Shown: piece after piece, positions 18,487 through 28,244 of the stretch
Layout of the letters: each line of letters opens with the position of its first letter
Numbering within the stretch: the stretch's first letter is position 1
NCBI GenBank assembly: GCA_965206595.1
Contig: OZ242214.1
Span: forward strand, 4,416,001-4,480,000
Direction: 5' to 3'
DNA from: Candidatus Latescibacterota bacterium
GTDB taxonomy: Bacteria; Latescibacterota; UBA2968; UBA8231
DNA: 64,000 nt
Program-made: the position numbers and the translations under genes
The notes under the pieces: generated by a model
What the model was told of the DNA's origin: nothing
Seen by the model: the letters and a program-made list of their open reading frames with translations, nothing else
The model's database searches: none

Positions 18487-20048
18487 TCTTCTCCTGTAAC
18501 CTTGGGTGATACGTCCAGTGTGCCTTTTGCCCCGCGTTCTTTGTTGCCAAGCATGCGCTGGAAGTCAACGAGGTCGCGGCAGATGTAGTTGTCGGCTTCG
18601 AGGCGTGCGCGTTGTTCTGCGGAGAACTTAGGGGAAAAAAGCGCTAGTTCCCGATGCCACTTGTGGAAGCGGCTACCGACAGTGGACAGGAAGCGATCCA
18701 CATGTTCGTGGAATGCGCGAAGTGACTTTGAGTCGTGTTTGGCGGGATTCCGCTTGCAGGATCCGAAGCGTATGCGTTGATCTTCCTCGTTCCAAGCGAT
18801 GAAATCGATCTCCACCGACATCCGGGCTTGCTGCGGCCTGTTCCAGTAGCCTCGAACGCGGTCCGTCAGCGGAAAATCCGCATTGTCGGCGCGGGACTCT
18901 GCCTCGCTCGCGTCCCGTACCATCCGCTCAAAGGCATGCCCCTCAAGCGTACTGAGCCGTGTGGAAATGCGCTTGGCTACTTGGGCCGCAGGCGCGATTC
19001 GCGCAGCTTGGCAGGCGGGCTGAATCACGTTGAGCCATGCACAGAGGAACGGATCGGAAACGACGTAGCGTGCGCGGCGCTGTCGCTCCTCTGCGAACAT
19101 GGGATGCTGTTTTTCGATGAGCCGCAGATCTTGCGTCAGAGTTTTCAAGTAGGGGCCCAAAGAACGCTCCGGTAAGGCCTCCTGCAAATCCGCGTGTGTG
19201 CAAGGCCCCCGCTCCGCCAAAGTGCGCAGGATGGCGACATAGTTGCGGCGCAACTCACGCCCAAGTAGGCTTTCGCCCTCCTCGCGCAAGGGTGAATCCG
19301 AGCGCAGGAAGAGCCTCTCGCACACTTCCTGTGTCCACGATTCCCATGTCGGAATGGTGTTTAGGCCGTCCGTTTCTGCAAAGTGCCGCCAGTACTTGGG
19401 TACGCCGCCAAAGAGGGTCCATAAGGTCAAGCAGCGCGTCGGGTGGCTTGCGCCGTGATCGTGGCACACTTCAAAGATCGTTTGGAGATCCCATGGATCG
19501 AGCCGGAGGTCGAACGTCGTGCGTCCAAAAAGAGGTGCCTGTCGGTCGTTGAGCAGTGCTTCCATCTCGGCTTGGACGGAGCCGAGGACGATTAGGCCGC
19601 CCACCATGCTCCGGTCCTGAAGGCGGTCAACTTGGGCCTGAAGCAACGAGGGGAAACCGCGCAGTGGCCCACGGTGGCAGAGCTGGAATTCGTCGAGGAC
19701 CACTATCGTTCCCACTGAGCATAGCGAGCCTATAGCAGCAGCCACCCTGGGCAGATCCCTAATCGCGCTCGATCCGTTGAGATGGCGTTCCAGTGCCGCT
19801 TCCCGCACTGCGCTGCGGAATACCGCCGCTAGGTCTTCGGGGCTGCTGTCAGGCAATTGGACCAGCAGCACCGGGGTGCCGTTCGGCTCGTCTTCTGCGA
19901 GCGTCTTCAGTGCTTGCTGAACAAGAGCGGTCTTTCCGATCCGGCGGCGTCCCCGGATGGCGCCGAAGAACCAGCGTTGCCGGCGCATTTCCTCCAGAAG
20001 GTTGCCCAGCTCGTCCCTGCGTCCGTAGAATGTCCAGTCACTATCCAT
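18483..20048 (-). CDS. Archaeal-type ATPase (ATPase_2-like) with winged helix and C-terminal DUF234-like PD-(D/E)xK domain
   Basis: FYGRRDEL, GRRRIGKT (Walker A), VVLDEFQ (Walker B), PLFGR, GGVPKY, SDPF and YWNR…EIDF…GSCK. Confidence 0.85.
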   Translation of the reverse strand: MDSDWTFYGRRDELGNLLEEMRRQRWFFGAIRGRRRIGKTALVQQALKTLAEDEPNGTPVLLVQLPDSSPEDLAAVFRSAVREAALERHLNGSSAIRDLPRVAAAIGSLCSVGTIVVLDEFQLCHRGPLRGFPSLLQAQVDRLQDRSMVGGLIVLGSVQAEMEALLNDRQAPLFGRTTFDLRLDPWDLQTIFEVCHDHGASHPTRCLTLWTLFGGVPKYWRHFAETDGLNTIPTWESWTQEVCERLFLRSDSPLREEGESLLGRELRRNYVAILRTLAERGPCTHADLQEALPERSLGPYLKTLTQDLRLIEKQHPMFAEERQRRARYVVSDPFLCAWLNVIQPACQAARIAPAAQVAKRISTRLSTLEGHAFERMVRDASEAESRADNADFPLTDRVRGYWNRPQQARMSVEIDFIAWNEEDQRIRFGSCKRNPAKHDSKSLRAFHEHVDRFLSTVGSRFHKWHRELALFSPKFSAEQRARLEADNYICRDLVDFQRMLGNKERGAKGTLDVSPKVTGEE

Positions 20049-20099
20049 ACGAATAAGGTAAATTTTTTTCTAAATGCGGAAAGACGGATCCGGGCATAT

Positions 20100-23000
20100 A
20101 TGATCACCAGACGCAATTCCCTTGGCGCGGTCGGATTGGTGGGCGCACTGCTCTCCCAGTTGGGGGCTTTCACCTATCACTGGGAGATTGACGAGACCCC
20201 GCAGGGCTCCGACAGGACAACCCGGGTTGAACCTCTTCGGGTCCTGCTGGCCGACCAACTTCTCCAGATCGCTCCTCACAGCGCTTCCCTACAGCTGATG
20301 CAGAAGTATTCGGTGCACCTCGGGGAGGAGTGGAGCTCCGGGCACGCCTACCGCCTGCTGCGCACTTTCGAGTCCATCCCGCAGGAATTCAACGATCCTG
20401 AGCAGAAGCCCCGGATATCCCCTTCGGTCTGGAAGCTGACTCACGAGCACGTCCAGGATGACATCGCCGTGGATGTTCAGGATGGGCAGCGGATGGTCAC
20501 GATTGCCCAGGAGGCGTTCGTCCACTCCGAGCCCCTGCTAGCGGAGATCGAAGGGGTGCGGGGTCGGTTCTTCTCCAAGAGGCTTCACGAAGCGGTCGTC
20601 CGGTTCGTCACCGACGGCGGCGCCGCTCGGGGCGCTTTGAAGCGGATTCTTCAGGAGCGCTACGGCGTGAGCCTGGATGTGCCCGATTACGCGGAGCTGA
20701 CCCGGCCTACCACGGGGGAGACGGCAAGCCGGTTCTCTGAGTTCAAGAACGAAGAACTGATGTTCCTGGTCAGCATGTTCGAGGAATACCCTGAGGGTAT
20801 GCGGCTGACTCCCGGACTGCGGTACCTGGTCCGCCGGCTGGATGGCCTCCCCCACCCTCTCTATCCGGAAGCCCCGGCGGTGGCGTGGACGACCGCCGGC
20901 TACATCGAGTTCATGGAATCCGCCTTCCAAGGGCAGGGCCCGGCTTTCATTCACCGGTTGATCCTCCACGAGAAGGCGCATTTCCTCTGGGAGCATTTGT
21001 TTGACGATCAGCTCAAGCAGGACTGGATCGAGTTGGGGGGGTGGTATGAAAACCCCGACGATGGCCACGGCTGGTCGACAAGCAAGCAGCTGGAGTTTGT
21101 ATCCGCCTATGCCCACGGGAAAAACCCCGACGAAGATCTGGCGGAAAGCATCAGCTACTACATCGTCACACCCGACAAACTGCGCTCGAGGTCGCCAGCC
21201 AAGTACGAATTCATCCAGAACCGGATCATGCACGGCGTCCGGTACATCTCGCAGATCCGGGAAGATTTGACCTTTCAGGTCTACAACCTTTATCCGGATT
21301 TCGTCTATCCGGGCCGGATCGTCCGGGTTGACATACAGGTGGACGGCGAGCCCGAAGAGGACAAGCAAATCACGGTCGAATTGGAAATCCACCGATCGGG
21401 AGACCGGGACAGTGCCCAGGCATCCTGGCTTAGGATATTCAGCCCCAAAGGGACCTATTTCGAAATCTGGGTGAACCCGGTCGACGAAAACGGCCATTGG
21501 ACCGAATCAGGACATATCCTGCGCGGGAAGACCGAGCTGTCCCGGTACGCCGCCCATGGGTACTGGGCACCGGATCAGATAACCCTCCCCGACGCCCAAG
21601 GGAATGAACGACACGAATCCCAGACGGACTTCGGCTGGAAACTGTACGTCGACAATCCCCTGGCCGACGACGAGCCTCCCGTGTACGTCAAAGATTCCGC
21701 CCGCCTTTCTCTGGCGCAGGCCATGGAAGCCGGCCGCTCCTATCAGGTCATAACCGCCAAGTGGGAATACTTCGAAGAAAGCGGCATGCAGGTAGTCTGG
21801 GCAACCCTGAATGACAACGAACCCGAAACCTATTCCCGAGGGGTTGAGGCGGAAACCCAAAATCCGGGAACCGGCGGGGCGAGCGTAGACATTCCCATCC
21901 CCGACTACTTTCCCAGCGGCAGGTACTGGCTGAACCGCATCAGCATGCAGGATGTCGCGCGGAACTGGCGTAGGGTTTACTTCACCGCGCCGAGATATCA
22001 CTTGCGCCCGGAGTCGGAGGTCATCGACGAAGCCCCACAGACCATCGAAGTGGAGACCACAATCCCCGACATCACGCCCCCCGAACTGGATGTGAACCGC
22101 ATCACCGTTCAGGCCGAACCGACCCGCCCGGAAAATCCCGATGGGGAAACTCGAGTGGATATTATGTTCCGGATCCGGGACAACATCAGCGGCTATAACA
22201 GGTCGTCTCTGTATCTGCGCGACCCACAGGGCGTCGAGCACCATTTCTATCACCACCATCGGGATTTCCACAGGATCTACTTTCGGGGAGACCCCACGGT
22301 CTGGGAGACCAACAAGAGGACCATAACCCTGCCGGTCGGCAGCCTCCCTGGTATCTGGGGACTTGCCCAGATGACGGTGGAGGACAAGGCACAGAACATC
22401 CTCCGGTCGGATTTCACGGAGACTATCCGGTTCGAAGTCGTCGACCCCGACAGCCAAGTCACGGCCTTCGCCATCCCCCAAGCGCTCCAGAAGGTATCGG
22501 GGGACGAACAGTCCGGACCCGCAGGAGAAGCCTTACCCGCCCCCTTCGTGGTCTCCGTCCTCGACCAGAACATGGGAGCATACCCGGACGCCCCGGTGAC
22601 CTTCGAGATTACCGGTGGCCAGGGGAGCCTGTCTGTGGAAACAACTGCTACGGACTCCACCGGGCAGGCTGCTACCATCTTGACCCTGGACCGGAAGCCA
22701 GGCACTAACACTGTCGAAGTCATCGTGGCGGGCCTGCTCCCCGTAACCTTCAGTGCTCGCGGGATAGGCATCCCTCAGACCATCACAAAGGTCTCCGGAC
22801 TCGATCAGGAAGAACCGGCCGGGGGCTCGTTGGCCCATCCGTTTGTGGTTCTGGTGCAGGATCAGTACGGGAATTCCCTGGCCGGCGTCACCGTCACCTT
22901 CGTGGTTTCTTCCGGGGGAGGAACGATCTCTGCTGAAACCGCCACTACCGATTCGGCCGGCCGTGCTGCCACCACCCTGACCCTGGGCGGCGATCCCGGG

Positions 23001-23888
23001 AGAAATACCGTAGTCGCAAGGGTCGCCGAGTTGAAGCCGGTGATCTTCAGCGCCACCGGACTGGCGATTCCCACCACCCTTTCCCGGATCTCCGGCGACG
23101 AGCAGCAGGGAACGGCGGGAATGGCGCTGCCCGGGCCCTTCGTTGCCGAAGTGAAAGATCAGAACGACAATCCGCTCGAAGGGGCCCAGGTCACCTTCGC
23201 GGTCACGGCAGGCGGGGGGACGCTGTCCGAAACCACCACCATCACCGGTGCCAACGGCCGCGCCGCCACCACCCTGACCCTGGGGCGCGAACCGGAGACC
23301 GTCACCGTGGTGGCGACCGTGGCCGGCCTCGATCCCGTGACTTTCACCGCCACTTCCAAGGCCACCTCCGACTTCGACGGGGACGGCGAGACCGGCTTTG
23401 CCGACTTCTTCCTCTTCGCCGACGCCTTCGGGAGCAACGACCTTCGCTTTGATCTGGACGGAAGCGGCACTGTGGATTTCGGCGACTTCTTCCTGTTGGC
23501 CGACTATTTCGGTGAGAAAGCCCGGGCCAAGTTGATGGCCCTTGCGTGGGAACGGATCGGGTTGCCTCGTGAGGTTCAATTGCTCCAGAACACTCCCAAC
23601 CCCTTCAACTCCCAGACGGTTGTCGAGTTTGTCCTTCCGGAACCTGGCAGGGCCCGGCTGGAGGTGTTCGGATTGACAGGTCAGAAGGTGGCGGTCCTGG
23701 CTCGAGGACCGTTCCAGGCAGGCCCTCATCGCATTTACTGGGACGCCCGGGACAGCCACGGTCGTCCCCTGGCCAGCGGGATCTATACGTACAGGCTGTC
23801 GACTGGAAAGAGCGTCTTTGCGAGAAGACTCACTCTGCTGCTCAAAAGGGAGAGGACTATTCCCTCGCCTCGGTGGGGGCGGATTTAA
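20100..23888 (+). CDS. Large secreted multidomain protein: zincin metallopeptidase + 3 Ig-like repeats + EF-hand/dockerin-like + FlgD-like C-terminal domain
   Basis: Signal-like N-terminus; LILHEKAH…VSAYA…EDLAES; three SGxxQ-initiated repeats of ~98 aa; DFDGDGETGFADF and DLDGSGTVDFGDF; QNTPNPFNSQT…WDARD…LASGIY. Confidence 0.85.
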   Translation: MITRRNSLGAVGLVGALLSQLGAFTYHWEIDETPQGSDRTTRVEPLRVLLADQLLQIAPHSASLQLMQKYSVHLGEEWSSGHAYRLLRTFESIPQEFNDPEQKPRISPSVWKLTHEHVQDDIAVDVQDGQRMVTIAQEAFVHSEPLLAEIEGVRGRFFSKRLHEAVVRFVTDGGAARGALKRILQERYGVSLDVPDYAELTRPTTGETASRFSEFKNEELMFLVSMFEEYPEGMRLTPGLRYLVRRLDGLPHPLYPEAPAVAWTTAGYIEFMESAFQGQGPAFIHRLILHEKAHFLWEHLFDDQLKQDWIELGGWYENPDDGHGWSTSKQLEFVSAYAHGKNPDEDLAESISYYIVTPDKLRSRSPAKYEFIQNRIMHGVRYISQIREDLTFQVYNLYPDFVYPGRIVRVDIQVDGEPEEDKQITVELEIHRSGDRDSAQASWLRIFSPKGTYFEIWVNPVDENGHWTESGHILRGKTELSRYAAHGYWAPDQITLPDAQGNERHESQTDFGWKLYVDNPLADDEPPVYVKDSARLSLAQAMEAGRSYQVITAKWEYFEESGMQVVWATLNDNEPETYSRGVEAETQNPGTGGASVDIPIPDYFPSGRYWLNRISMQDVARNWRRVYFTAPRYHLRPESEVIDEAPQTIEVETTIPDITPPELDVNRITVQAEPTRPENPDGETRVDIMFRIRDNISGYNRSSLYLRDPQGVEHHFYHHHRDFHRIYFRGDPTVWETNKRTITLPVGSLPGIWGLAQMTVEDKAQNILRSDFTETIRFEVVDPDSQVTAFAIPQALQKVSGDEQSGPAGEALPAPFVVSVLDQNMGAYPDAPVTFEITGGQGSLSVETTATDSTGQAATILTLDRKPGTNTVEVIVAGLLPVTFSARGIGIPQTITKVSGLDQEEPAGGSLAHPFVVLVQDQYGNSLAGVTVTFVVSSGGGTISAETATTDSAGRAATTLTLGGDPGRNTVVARVAELKPVIFSATGLAIPTTLSRISGDEQQGTAGMALPGPFVAEVKDQNDNPLEGAQVTFAVTAGGGTLSETTTITGANGRAATTLTLGREPETVTVVATVAGLDPVTFTATSKATSDFDGDGETGFADFFLFADAFGSNDLRFDLDGSGTVDFGDFFLLADYFGEKARAKLMALAWERIGLPREVQLLQNTPNPFNSQTVVEFVLPEPGRARLEVFGLTGQKVAVLARGPFQAGPHRIYWDARDSHGRPLASGIYTYRLSTGKSVFARRLTLLLKRERTIPSPRWGRI
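22473..23360 (+). repeat. Three tandem Ig-like (Big_1/invasin-type) domain repeats
   Basis: KVSGDEQSG…PFVVSVLDQ / KVSGLDQEE…PFVVLVQDQ / RISGDEQQG…PFVAEVKDQ. Confidence 0.8.
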
Positions 23889-23909
23889 CGAGAAAAAAAG
23901 GAATGGACG

Positions 23910-24566
23910 ATGTTGAGATTCCCCGAAGAACTCATGCTGCTCATGCTCGACGACGAGAACGGCAAATTCGCGAGGGTGCCGGACCGGCTGTTGCGCTACG
24001 CCCTCGCCGGCGGGGTGCTGATGGACCTGGCCCTCGAGGACCGTATCGACACCGACTTGGAGAAGCTGATCCTGGTCAGTTCCGAGCCCCTGCAGGACAG
24101 CCTGCTCGACCCGACGCTCGCCGACATCGCCCAGGCCACGGAGACCCACGACGCGCGCTTCTGGGTGGAGCGCACCGCCCGCCTCAGCGCCGAGGCGATT
24201 CGCCACAAGGCGCTCAACCGGCTGGTCGACCGGGGGATTCTCGAATGCCGGGACGACCGCTTCCTGTGGGTCTTCCAGGCTCGCCGCTACCCGGCCATCG
24301 ACGGCACCGCGGAGCGGGAGGTGAAGCTCCGGATCATGGAGATCCTGTTCAGCGACCAGGTTCCCCTGCCGCGCGACGTGGTCATCGTCGGCCTGGTGCA
24401 CGCCTGCGACCTGTTCCGCCAGATACTGTCCGACCGCGAGCTGGCCAACGTCTCCAGCCGCATCGACGAGGTGCGCCAGCTCGACCTGATCGGCCGCGCC
24501 GTGTCGCAGGCCATCGTCGACATCGAGCTCTCCATCGCCCTCGCCGTGCAGACGACGCCCTACTGA
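23910..24566 (+). CDS. GPP34 (GOLPH3/Vps74-like) family protein
   Basis: EELMLLMLDDENG, ALAGGVLMDLALEDRI, LVDRGIL and RRYP motifs. Confidence 0.85.
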   Translation: MLRFPEELMLLMLDDENGKFARVPDRLLRYALAGGVLMDLALEDRIDTDLEKLILVSSEPLQDSLLDPTLADIAQATETHDARFWVERTARLSAEAIRHKALNRLVDRGILECRDDRFLWVFQARRYPAIDGTAEREVKLRIMEILFSDQVPLPRDVVIVGLVHACDLFRQILSDRELANVSSRIDEVRQLDLIGRAVSQAIVDIELSIALAVQTTPY

Positions 24567-24660
24567 TCGAGTACCCCGACGCCGAGGCGAACCGGCACCT
24601 GAACTCTGTCCCCCGGACGCGCGCCCTGGCGCCAGGATTCACGCCAGACAGGGAGACCGG

Positions 24661-25401
24661 ATGAAACCCCAACTGCTCGAGAACAGAAACGCCGTCGTCA
24701 CCGGAGCGGCCCAGGGGATCGGCTATGCCATCGCCCGCCGTTTCGTCGCCGAGGGCGCGCGCGTTGCCATCCTCGACATCGACCTGGAGAAGGCGGAGCA
24801 GGCCGCCGAGGAGCTCGGCGCATCCGCCTTCCGCGCCGACGTCGCCGATGCCGCTTCCGTCGAAAGCGCCTTCGCCGGGGTCGTCGCCCGTTTCGCCAGC
24901 CTCGACATCCTCGTGAACAACGCCGGGATCGTCGGCAGCGACACCTCGGTCCGGGATCTCGACGAGGCGGACTGGAACCGCGTCCTCGACGTCAATCTCA
25001 AGGGGACCTTCCTCTGCTCGCAGGCGGCCGTGCGCCACATGATCCCGCGGCAGTCGGGAGCCATCGTGTCGATGGCGTCGATCTCCGGCAAGGAGGGGAA
25101 CGCCAACATGGCCCCCTACTCCGTGTCGAAGGCCGGTGTGATCTGCTTCACGAAAACCCTGGCGAAGGAGGTGCTCGCCGACGGCATCCGCGTCAACTGC
25201 GTCGCCCCGGCGCTGATCGACACGCCGATCCTCCGGGAGATGGAGCCGGAACGGGTCGACTTCCTGACCTCGAAGATCCCCTTGGGCAGGCTGGGCAGGC
25301 CGGAGGAAGTGGCGGCGACGATTCTCTTCCTCGCCTCCGACGAGTCGACCTTCGCCACCGGCCAGTGCTTCGACGCCAGCGGCGGCAGGGCGACCTACTG
25401 A
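24661..25401 (+). CDS. Short-chain dehydrogenase/reductase
   Basis: TGAAQGIG, NNAG and YSVSK motifs. Confidence 0.95.
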   Translation: MKPQLLENRNAVVTGAAQGIGYAIARRFVAEGARVAILDIDLEKAEQAAEELGASAFRADVADAASVESAFAGVVARFASLDILVNNAGIVGSDTSVRDLDEADWNRVLDVNLKGTFLCSQAAVRHMIPRQSGAIVSMASISGKEGNANMAPYSVSKAGVICFTKTLAKEVLADGIRVNCVAPALIDTPILREMEPERVDFLTSKIPLGRLGRPEEVAATILFLASDESTFATGQCFDASGGRATY

Positions 25402-26342
25402 TGGGCTCGAAAGAAGCGGGTTGTCCGGCCGGGCTGAGAGCCGCCCTCGACTGCCCGGTGCCCTCGCTGCGTACGCCGTTCACCGAAGCGGGAGAAATCG
25501 ACTTCGACGGGGTACGCGCCCAGGTGGAGTTCGCCGTCGCCGCCAGGGCGGGGACGGTGATGGTGACCTGGGGAGACAGCCAGTACTCGGTGCTGACCGA
25601 CGAGCAGATCGCCGAGCTGGTGAGGGTCGTCGTCGAGCAGAGCCGCGGGCGCGCCAGGGTCATCGCCGCCGACAACTCCTGGGCGACCCCGAAGGCGGCC
25701 GCCTTCGCCGAGTACTGCAAGGGTATCGGCGCCGACCTTCTCATGCTCCTGCCCCCGGACTGGGCCGCGTCGACGACCACGGACACCCTGGTCGAGCATT
25801 TCAACGCCGTCGGACAACACATGCCGACGATGATCGTGACCGCGTTCTTCACCCACATGGGCCAGCGCCCCCCGGGCCGCCAGCTCGAGGTGGTGCGGGA
25901 GCTGTACGAACGCTGCCCCAACCTCGTCGCCGTCAAGGACGACGTGCTCGGCGAGGCCGGCAACCGCATGTGCATGCTCGTCCACGACCGCTGGGCGGTG
26001 GTCTCGGGCGGGTGGATGTCCAACCACACCCTCCAGGTTCCCTACGGCGTCGACGGCTACCTCTGCCCGATCATGAGCTTCCGCCCGGACATCGCCTGGA
26101 AATACTTCGACGCCGTCAAGGCCGAACGCTTCCCGGAAGCCTGGCGCGTCGTCCGCGAAATCGAGTGGCCGCTGCGGGACCTGATGGGGAGCTTCGGGGT
26201 CAGCCTCAACCCGGTCTGGCACGGCATGTCCGAGCTGTTCGGCATCAGCGGCCGGCACCTGCCGCTGCCGTACTACACGCTCACCGAGGCGCAGATGGAG
26301 AGGCTGGAGCAGGGCCTGAGGGACCTCGACTTCCTGCGCTGA
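25401..26342 (+). CDS. DapA/class I aldolase family protein (divergent)
   Basis: TPFTEAGEIDFDG, GADLLMLLPP and CPNLVAVKDD; TGATG coupling to the SDR gene. Confidence 0.8.
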   Translation: MGSKEAGCPAGLRAALDCPVPSLRTPFTEAGEIDFDGVRAQVEFAVAARAGTVMVTWGDSQYSVLTDEQIAELVRVVVEQSRGRARVIAADNSWATPKAAAFAEYCKGIGADLLMLLPPDWAASTTTDTLVEHFNAVGQHMPTMIVTAFFTHMGQRPPGRQLEVVRELYERCPNLVAVKDDVLGEAGNRMCMLVHDRWAVVSGGWMSNHTLQVPYGVDGYLCPIMSFRPDIAWKYFDAVKAERFPEAWRVVREIEWPLRDLMGSFGVSLNPVWHGMSELFGISGRHLPLPYYTLTEAQMERLEQGLRDLDFLR

Positions 26343-26467
26343 GCCGGCGGCGCTTCAGCGGCAGCGGAACACCACCCCGAGAATTCCGTCCGGCTCTCCG
26401 ACGATGCGCTCGACCTCCTTCTCCACTTCCTTCTCGTCCCTATATCCGAAAACTGAAAAGGAAATCA

Positions 26468-27211
26468 ATGAAACTGGGTGAAATGACCTGGCCGGAAGTC
26501 GCGGCCCTCGACAAAAGCAACCTGGTGGCCGTCTACCCGATCGCCGCCTTCGAGCAGCACGGGCCCCACCTGCCGTTCCTCACCGACACCATGGAGACCG
26601 ACGAGGTGGTCGCGCGCCTCGAGCGGCAGCTGCCCGGGGACGTCGTCTGCCTGCCGACGCAGTGGTTGGGATACTCCTTCCACCACATGCGCTTCGCCGG
26701 CAGCATAACGGCGACCGCGGACACCCACGTCAACCTCATCGCCGAAACCGTCGGCTGCCTGATCGAGGCCGGCTTCGGCAGGGTGCTGATCGTCAACGGC
26801 CACGGCGGCAACCAGCCGGACATGGCCGTCGCCCTGCAGAAGGTGAAGGAGCGCTACCCGGAATCGCGCGTCTTCGCGGTGTCGCACTGGAAGGCGGCCG
26901 AGCCCCTCCTCGACGAGATCCGCGAGGCCGGCCCTCACGGCTGGGGGCATGCCGGCGAGATGGAGACGTCGCTTATGCTGTCGATCCGGCCGGATCTCGT
27001 CAAAGGGGAGCTGCCCACCCGCGACGGCACTCATCCCGAATCGGAGTACAAGGACCGGGTGTCGCAGTTCCTGCGCATGGACGAGATGACGGAGCAGGGG
27101 ATCTACGGGGACCCCACCTTCGGCTCGGCGGAGAAGGGGGAGCGCATGTTCGAGGCGATCGCCGGCTGCCTCGCCGACATCGTCCGCGACCTTCAGAGCG
27201 GCAAGTTCTGA
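26468..27211 (+). CDS. Creatininase/creatinine amidohydrolase family protein
   Basis: EQHGPHLP..TD, NGHGGN, HAGEMETS and GIYGDP motifs. Confidence 0.92.
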   Translation: MKLGEMTWPEVAALDKSNLVAVYPIAAFEQHGPHLPFLTDTMETDEVVARLERQLPGDVVCLPTQWLGYSFHHMRFAGSITATADTHVNLIAETVGCLIEAGFGRVLIVNGHGGNQPDMAVALQKVKERYPESRVFAVSHWKAAEPLLDEIREAGPHGWGHAGEMETSLMLSIRPDLVKGELPTRDGTHPESEYKDRVSQFLRMDEMTEQGIYGDPTFGSAEKGERMFEAIAGCLADIVRDLQSGKF

Positions 27212-27226
27212 CGCCGGCGGGACAAC

Positions 27227-28150
27227 TCAGCGGCCGCCTAGCCAGCAGGCGTCCCGCACCAGGGTCTCGACCTCGCTCTTGACCGCGTCCGGCAGCTCGG
27301 AGCCGTCCCCGTTCATGCCGCCCGCGAGCCCGACCAGCTCCTGCAGCTGCTTGATGACCAGGGCGATGTACGACTTGTCGCGCTGGCGGACCTGCTCGAT
27401 GCGGACCATCGTCCAGTAGGTGTCGTCCGCTTCGAAACTGCTGTCGGCGAGGCGCCTCAGCAGATCGAGCGGCTTGTCCGGGAAGGCGTTTCCGATCCCC
27501 GTCGACATGCCCCGCGCCGCCCCGACCGCCGCGTACGCCGGCATCCACCACCCGGCTGTGCCGCACAGCCAGGCGGTGCGCTCGTGCCCGAGGCGGGCAA
27601 CCATTTCGGCGTACTCCAGCAGCAGGCCGTTGTTCGCCAGCTTCACCCCCGGCACTTCGCAGACGTCCATCAGCCGCTCCAGGGTGGAGACCTTCATCGG
27701 GTGCTCGGGCCGCGGGTAGAGCATCGGCCCGATCCCGTGGTCGGTCAGGATCCCCATGACCTTGCTGAAATAGGCGAACTGTTCCTCCGCATCGCCGGTG
27801 GCAGGGGGCATCATCATCGCGAAGGAGATGTCGAGATCGGCAAGGGCGGGGGCCAGCTGTCTGACCCGCTCGACGGTGCGGCCGAGCCCGGTTCCCAGGC
27901 AGGGATTCTCCGTTGTGCCGCGGACCGCCGCGGCGACCGCGGTCAGCAGCTCGACCTGCTGCTCCGGCGACAGCCGGTCGTGCTCGCCGACGCCGCCGGC
28001 GTACACGGCCGCGGTGATGCCGTTGGCGAACAGGAACTCGGCGTTCCTCGCGTTCGCTTCCGGATCGAGCACTCCGGGCCGCTTCCAGATGGTGGTGGGT
28101 ACGGCGACCGCGTTTCCTGTCAGCACAGCGCGGGTATCGGCGACATTCAT
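27227..28150 (-). CDS. DapA family lyase (KdgD-like)
   Basis: AVPTT, YAGGVGE, MLYPR and GVKLA motifs. Confidence 0.75.
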   Translation of the reverse strand: MNVADTRAVLTGNAVAVPTTIWKRPGVLDPEANARNAEFLFANGITAAVYAGGVGEHDRLSPEQQVELLTAVAAAVRGTTENPCLGTGLGRTVERVRQLAPALADLDISFAMMMPPATGDAEEQFAYFSKVMGILTDHGIGPMLYPRPEHPMKVSTLERLMDVCEVPGVKLANNGLLLEYAEMVARLGHERTAWLCGTAGWWMPAYAAVGAARGMSTGIGNAFPDKPLDLLRRLADSSFEADDTYWTMVRIEQVRQRDKSYIALVIKQLQELVGLAGGMNGDGSELPDAVKSEVETLVRDACWLGGR

Positions 28151-28244
28151 GGTTCCACTCCTGATTCCGTTCGTTTGTTTGGTTGCGGAAAGCTGAGGAT
28201 CACCCCGGACCCTGCCCCGGTCAAGGCCGGCCAACGGGCCCGCC

